Positions 25,931-30,212 of a stretch of 30,212 bases of DNA are shown here, in pieces. Location of the stretch: contig JBAXKK010000023.1 of the NCBI GenBank assembly GCA_037137395.1, positions 1 through 30,212 of the forward strand, written 5' to 3'. This DNA comes from Elusimicrobiota bacterium (GTDB lineage: Bacteria > Elusimicrobiota > Elusimicrobia > Elusimicrobiales > UBA9959). The notes under the pieces are model-generated. The model did no database searches. It had not been told where the DNA came from and worked only from the letters and a program-made list of their open reading frames with translations. How positions within the stretch are numbered: position 1 is the first letter of the stretch; each line of letters opens with the position of its first letter. The position numbers were made by a program, and so were the translations under genes.

Positions 25931-27307
25931 ATGGATGACAAGCGGACGGTGGGAGGTTCTTTTAGAGATCCAAGCGGATTCCTCTTTTATCGTGACGATG
26001 TGTTATATCGTCAGATAAACTGCGAATATCAGCCGCATTATGAACATCTGATAAAATCAGGTTTATACGATAAGCTTGTCGCAAATAAGATGCTTATTCC
26101 GCATATGGAAACGGCGATTGATTCTGAAACCGCGCCATCGCCGTATAAAGTTATCCGGCCTGATGTAATACCCTTTATTTCCTATCCGTACGAATGGTGC
26201 TTTGGCCAGTTAAAAGATGCCGCTCTGCTTACTCTTGCTATCCAAAAAATTTCCATACAGCATGGCATGTCCCTTAAGGACGCCAGCGCGTACAATATCC
26301 AGTTTAAAAATGGCGTCCCGATATTCATAGACACACTTTCATTTGAAATCTATCGCGAAGGCCAGCCCTGGCCGGCTTATCGGCAATTTTGTCAGCATTT
26401 CCTGGCGCCTTTAGCTCTTATGGCTCTAAAGGATATCAGGTTAAATCAATGGTTTAAAATCAATATTGACGGTGTGCCCCTGGACTTGGCCAGCAAGCTC
26501 CTCCCTTTCAGCAGCTGGTTCAGTTTTTCTTTGCTATCGCATATACATCTTCACGCAAAAAGTCAGCGACATTTTACCGGGCACGAAATCAATGCCGGAA
26601 ATCATAAGGTCAGCCGGACAGCGATGCTTGGCGTTGTGGATAGTCTTGAATCCGCGATTCGCGGATTAAATTGGCGCCATGACGGAACCCAATGGTCGGG
26701 GTATTATAATAACGCGCATTATTCGCGGGAAGCGGCGGATGATAAAAAAAACATAGTTTTGCGATACCTTGATAAAACACACCCCAAGACCGTATGGGAT
26801 CTTGGCGCCAATGACGGTCTTTTCAGCAGAATGGCGGGTCATTACGCGGAACTGGTTGTATCCTTTGATAGCGATCCCGGCGTTGTAGAGAACAACTATC
26901 GGCAGACAATTGAGCGGCGCGAAACAAATATTTTGCCTTTGTGTATTGACCTCGTAAACCCAAGTCCGGCAATAGGTTGGGAAAACATGGAGCGCTGTTC
27001 ATTGCTGGAACGCGGGCCTGCGGATTTAGTTGTCGCTTTAGCGCTCGTCCACCATCTTGCGATCGGAAATAATGTGCCGCTGAACCGGGTGGCCGGATTT
27101 TTTGCCACGCTCGGCGCGTCGTTGATCATCGAGTTTGTGCCAAAGAGTGATGTAAAAGTGCGGGAGATGCTCCGCGCGCGCGATGATATTTTTCAAAACT
27201 ACACATCTGAAGGATTTGAAGAGGCATTTAAACAGTACTACAGGATCGTAGATACGCGGCAAATTGAGGGTTCAGGCAGAGTTATATATCTTATGGAGAG
27301 ACGATAA
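25931..27307 (+). CDS. NoeA-like protein: kinase-like N-terminal domain plus class I SAM methyltransferase
   Basis: SFRDPSG, SYPYEW and LKDASAYNIQF...FIDTLSF in the N-terminal half; WDLGANDG, LALVHHL and IEFV in the C-terminal half. Confidence 0.75.
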   Translation: MDDKRTVGGSFRDPSGFLFYRDDVLYRQINCEYQPHYEHLIKSGLYDKLVANKMLIPHMETAIDSETAPSPYKVIRPDVIPFISYPYEWCFGQLKDAALLTLAIQKISIQHGMSLKDASAYNIQFKNGVPIFIDTLSFEIYREGQPWPAYRQFCQHFLAPLALMALKDIRLNQWFKINIDGVPLDLASKLLPFSSWFSFSLLSHIHLHAKSQRHFTGHEINAGNHKVSRTAMLGVVDSLESAIRGLNWRHDGTQWSGYYNNAHYSREAADDKKNIVLRYLDKTHPKTVWDLGANDGLFSRMAGHYAELVVSFDSDPGVVENNYRQTIERRETNILPLCIDLVNPSPAIGWENMERCSLLERGPADLVVALALVHHLAIGNNVPLNRVAGFFATLGASLIIEFVPKSDVKVREMLRARDDIFQNYTSEGFEEAFKQYYRIVDTRQIEGSGRVIYLMERR

Positions 27308-28779
27308 TGAAGAAATTCGCCTTTCCGGAGAACATCACCATACACCCGCTGCTGTTTGCTCTTCATCCGGTCTTGTTCCTCTACCAGATCAATATTAACA
27401 AGGTTAATCCCGGTGATATCATTCTGCCGCTTGTGCTTGCGTTTAGTGGTGCTGTTGTTCTATGGGCTTTACTCAGCATTGTTACCCGTAGGATAATTAA
27501 GGCCGGGCTTACGGTTTCATTGCTTTTGATACTATTTTTTTCATATGGCCATGTTTTTGCTTTAACTCGCGACAAGGTCGTATTTCAACTGATGGTAAAT
27601 CATCGCCTGTTATTGCCTTTATGGAGCGGGCTCTTTTTAATTGCTTCGCTTTTAATATGGAGGTCTTCAGCCAGATACTTGCTGATAAATAAAGCGGCTA
27701 ATTTTATTTCCGGATTACTGGTGTTGTTATGCGCCGCTACTATCGCGGTTAATTTTTGGGGCAAGTCGGACAATAAAAGCGGGTTGATGACAAATACGAC
27801 AAGTGCTGCCCCCGGCTCAATTAAAACTATTAGTAGTTCAACCTTACCTGATGTGTATTTTATCACGCTTGATTCCTACGCGGGGGGGACAACACTTGAA
27901 GAGTTTTACCACGAATCGAACGGGGATTTTATCAACGCGTTGAAAACCCGGAAATTTTACGTCGCAAATCAAAGTTACAGCAATTATGATAACACTATGC
28001 CGTCGCTGGCCTCCACCTTAAACATGGCGTATATCAATAATGTTTATGCGGAGGATAAGTCCGCGGAAAAACAGTTCGTGCGCCTGGCGGCTATGATAGA
28101 CAATAGCGCGGCGGCCGGGTTTTTAAAATCAAAAGGTTATCAGATTCATTTTATCAACTCTCCGGCCAAACCCAAGCAGCTTGATTTTGTTGATATGCTC
28201 TTTGATACGACAGCCTTAGCATATTGGCATACGCGCGGAGCGTACAGGCGGCACGCGTTGTCTACATTTGAAGAACTCCGCAATGTTATTAAAGTTCCCG
28301 GCCCCAAGTTCGTTTTTGCCCATTCTGATGTTCCCCATTCTCCCTTTGTTTTTGGCGCGAATTGTCAGCCGATTAACGCCGGATTTACCGATAAAAAACC
28401 TGACGGCACAGAAAAGTCCAACCGTTACTATCTGGACCAGCTCTTTTGCGTGAACAAATTAGTATTGCCTCTGATTGATGAAATTTTGACCCAATCACCT
28501 GTTAAGCCTGTTATAGTATTGGCGGCGGATCATGGCTTGCCTGTTGGCACTGCCGGTGTGCCGTCCGGAGCCATCAGAAATCGTTTAAATATTATTAACG
28601 CTTACTATTTACCGGAGGGTATTTCTACGCGTTTGTATAACTCCATTTCTCCTGTCAACACTTTTAGATTTATAATCGGGCAATACTTCGGCGGCGGTTT
28701 TCCTCTATTGCCGGACGAGCATTATACGATCTTGTGGAGCAAACTGTCCGGTAAATTGACCAAGGTGGATACTAGGTAG
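27307..28779 (+). CDS. Membrane-anchored alkaline-phosphatase/sulfatase superfamily protein (LtaS/EptA-like architecture)
   Basis: About 5 N-terminal TM helices; DVYFITLDSY, SNYDNTMPSL (Thr nucleophile position), PHSPF and ADHG motifs. Confidence 0.75.
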   Translation: MKKFAFPENITIHPLLFALHPVLFLYQININKVNPGDIILPLVLAFSGAVVLWALLSIVTRRIIKAGLTVSLLLILFFSYGHVFALTRDKVVFQLMVNHRLLLPLWSGLFLIASLLIWRSSARYLLINKAANFISGLLVLLCAATIAVNFWGKSDNKSGLMTNTTSAAPGSIKTISSSTLPDVYFITLDSYAGGTTLEEFYHESNGDFINALKTRKFYVANQSYSNYDNTMPSLASTLNMAYINNVYAEDKSAEKQFVRLAAMIDNSAAAGFLKSKGYQIHFINSPAKPKQLDFVDMLFDTTALAYWHTRGAYRRHALSTFEELRNVIKVPGPKFVFAHSDVPHSPFVFGANCQPINAGFTDKKPDGTEKSNRYYLDQLFCVNKLVLPLIDEILTQSPVKPVIVLAADHGLPVGTAGVPSGAIRNRLNIINAYYLPEGISTRLYNSISPVNTFRFIIGQYFGGGFPLLPDEHYTILWSKLSGKLTKVDTR

Positions 28780-28804
28780 GGCAGTGCCCTATTCCTTTGA
28801 AACA

Positions 28805-29563
28805 ATGAAAATATCAATAATTACTGTTTGTCGTAATTCCACCGCGGTAATTGAGGGGGCGATCCGCTCGGTGCTCGCGCAGACGCACAAGGATATTGAA
28901 TATATTGTTGTGGACGGGGCTTCTACTGACGGTACAGTCCAATTGGTGCGTTCATTCTCCGACCGTTTGGCGAAGTTAGTGTCCGAACCTGATGCCGGGA
29001 TTTACGATGCTATGAATAAGGGTATAGGTTTGGCGACTGGCGATATCGTGGGTATTTTAAATTCTGACGATCTTTACGCGGACGATAATGTTCTTGCCCG
29101 GGTAGCGGCTGTGTTTGAGAAACCTGAAGTGGATGTCTGCTATGGAGATCTGGTCTATGTGTCGCCAGTCAATATTGAGAAGCCAGTGCGGGTTTGGAAG
29201 TCTTCCCCTTACAAACCCGGATGTTTCCTTTCCGGCTGGGTGCCTCCCCATCCCACTTTTTTTGCGCGCCGCCAGGTTTATGAGAGGTATAGCGTGTTCG
29301 ACCTGTCTTTCCCGCTGGCTGCCGATTTTGAACTGATGCTGCGTTTTCTGCATTGCTTAGGTTTGAAATCCTCTTATATCCCTGAGATACTGGTTAAAAT
29401 GAGGCTGGGGGGAGCTTCAAATAAGAGCTTTGCCAATATGTTGCGGCAGAATATGGAAATATACCGGGCTGGCCGCAAAAACGGAGTTAATCTGGGCACG
29501 CAATATTATTTTGGTAAATTTTATGACAGATTTAAGCAGTATACCAGAGCCGCCACGCTGTAG
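28805..29563 (+). CDS. GT2 glycosyltransferase (WcaE/WfgS-like)
   Basis: KISIITVC, DGASTDG, GIYDAMNKG, LNSDD, PPHP and ADFE motifs. Confidence 0.9.
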   Translation: MKISIITVCRNSTAVIEGAIRSVLAQTHKDIEYIVVDGASTDGTVQLVRSFSDRLAKLVSEPDAGIYDAMNKGIGLATGDIVGILNSDDLYADDNVLARVAAVFEKPEVDVCYGDLVYVSPVNIEKPVRVWKSSPYKPGCFLSGWVPPHPTFFARRQVYERYSVFDLSFPLAADFELMLRFLHCLGLKSSYIPEILVKMRLGGASNKSFANMLRQNMEIYRAGRKNGVNLGTQYYFGKFYDRFKQYTRAATL

Positions 29564-29665
29564 GCTTTAGGCTAATAACTCCGCCATAAGCGATAAGCTT
29601 TAGGCTATAAGCAGAATTGTTTACTATTTACGATTGACGATTTCCGATTGACGATTTACGATATG
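29561..29665. repeat. Heptamer repeat element C (two 7-bp-period arrays)
   Basis: TAGGCTT/TAGGCTA/TAAGCGA/TAAGCTT-type units, then CTATTTA CGATTGA CGATTTC CGATTGA CGATTTA CGATATG running into the next ATG. Confidence 0.85.
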
Positions 29666-30212
29666 AAAAGAATTTTTGATATTGGTTTAGCTGTTTGCGC
29701 CCTGCTGATACTCGGGGCGCCGATGATTATTGTCGCGCTGGCTGTTAAGCTGACCTCGCGGGGGCAGGTATTGTATTGGTCGGACAGAGTTGGGTTAGGT
29801 AATGCTCTTTTTAGAATGCCCAAGTTTCGCACCATGCGCACGGACACCCCGGCCGTGGCTACGCATCTTCTGGCGGATCCTGATAGTTTTATTACGCCGG
29901 TTGGGAGATTTTTACGGAAATCCAGTCTGGATGAGCTACCGCAGCTTTTCAGTATTATTAAGGGGGATATGAGTTTTGTGGGACCCCGACCGGCACTGTT
30001 TAACCAGGATGATCTGGTGAAGCTCAGGACTTCCGTCGGCGTTCATACGATTACCCCCGGTTTGACCGGCTGGGCGCAGGTGAACGGCCGGGACGAGCTG
30101 CCAATACCGGTTAAAGTTGATTTTGATGAATACTATCTAAAGAATCGTTCTATCGGCTTCGATGTAAAAATATTATTTATTACCGCTTTTCAGGCGCTGG
30201 CAGGGAAGGGAG
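29663..30212 (+). CDS. Initiating undecaprenyl-phosphate sugar phosphotransferase (small monotopic PGT), truncated by the window edge
   Basis: Manual translation MKRIFD...KFRTM...LRKSSLDELPQL...GDMSFVGPRP...PGLTGWAQVNGR; no stop before the window end, so absent from the ORF track. Confidence 0.92.
   Translation, partial: MKRIFDIGLAVCALLILGAPMIIVALAVKLTSRGQVLYWSDRVGLGNALFRMPKFRTMRTDTPAVATHLLADPDSFITPVGRFLRKSSLDELPQLFSIIKGDMSFVGPRPALFNQDDLVKLRTSVGVHTITPGLTGWAQVNGRDELPIPVKVDFDEYYLKNRSIGFDVKILFITAFQALAGKG

Noticed and set aside
24273..29665. CRISPR array or integron attC sites
   Set aside because: No constant repeat-spacer period, no cas or intI gene, and no RYYYAAC...GTTRRRY inverted-core structure.
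801..29847. The many short minus-strand and nested ORFs in the ORF track
   Set aside because: They overlap well-supported + strand genes and show no recognisable motifs; treated as shadow ORFs.

Overview
A surface-polysaccharide (O-antigen/capsule-type) locus with all supported genes on the + strand. It is Wzx/Wzy-dependent and strongly mosaic. The left end (1-3560) is rearranged and decayed. It holds an MNT-HEPN toxin-antitoxin pair between direct repeats, a Wzz C-terminal remnant, and a nucleotide-sugar dehydrogenase with an in-frame stop that is fused in frame to a 5'-truncated IS21 istB with an intact IS right end. The core (3578-16654) encodes Gmd, a 3,5-epimerase, a sugar C-methyltransferase, an aminotransferase, a block of ACP / acyl-AMP ligase / LuxE-like / LuxC-like / FabZ / ThDP enzyme / NeuB-like / GNAT genes, and a CmcI-family protein. 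By inference this makes a branched amino sugar carrying an unusual ACP-built N-acyl group. Then follow wzx, glycosyltransferases (one with a nonsense codon at a conserved Gly), a large membrane protein and wzy. The right part (24157-29665) is a set of modules separated by related 7-bp-period repeat elements and bracketed by a duplicated GT2 5' end. One module is a stand-alone ATPase-wHTH. Another is a cassette of a small YLDPGSGS membrane protein, a NoeA-like kinase-like/methyltransferase and a sulfatase-fold membrane protein. An initiating sugar transferase runs off the right edge. All calls are from motif recognition by eye; no searches were run.
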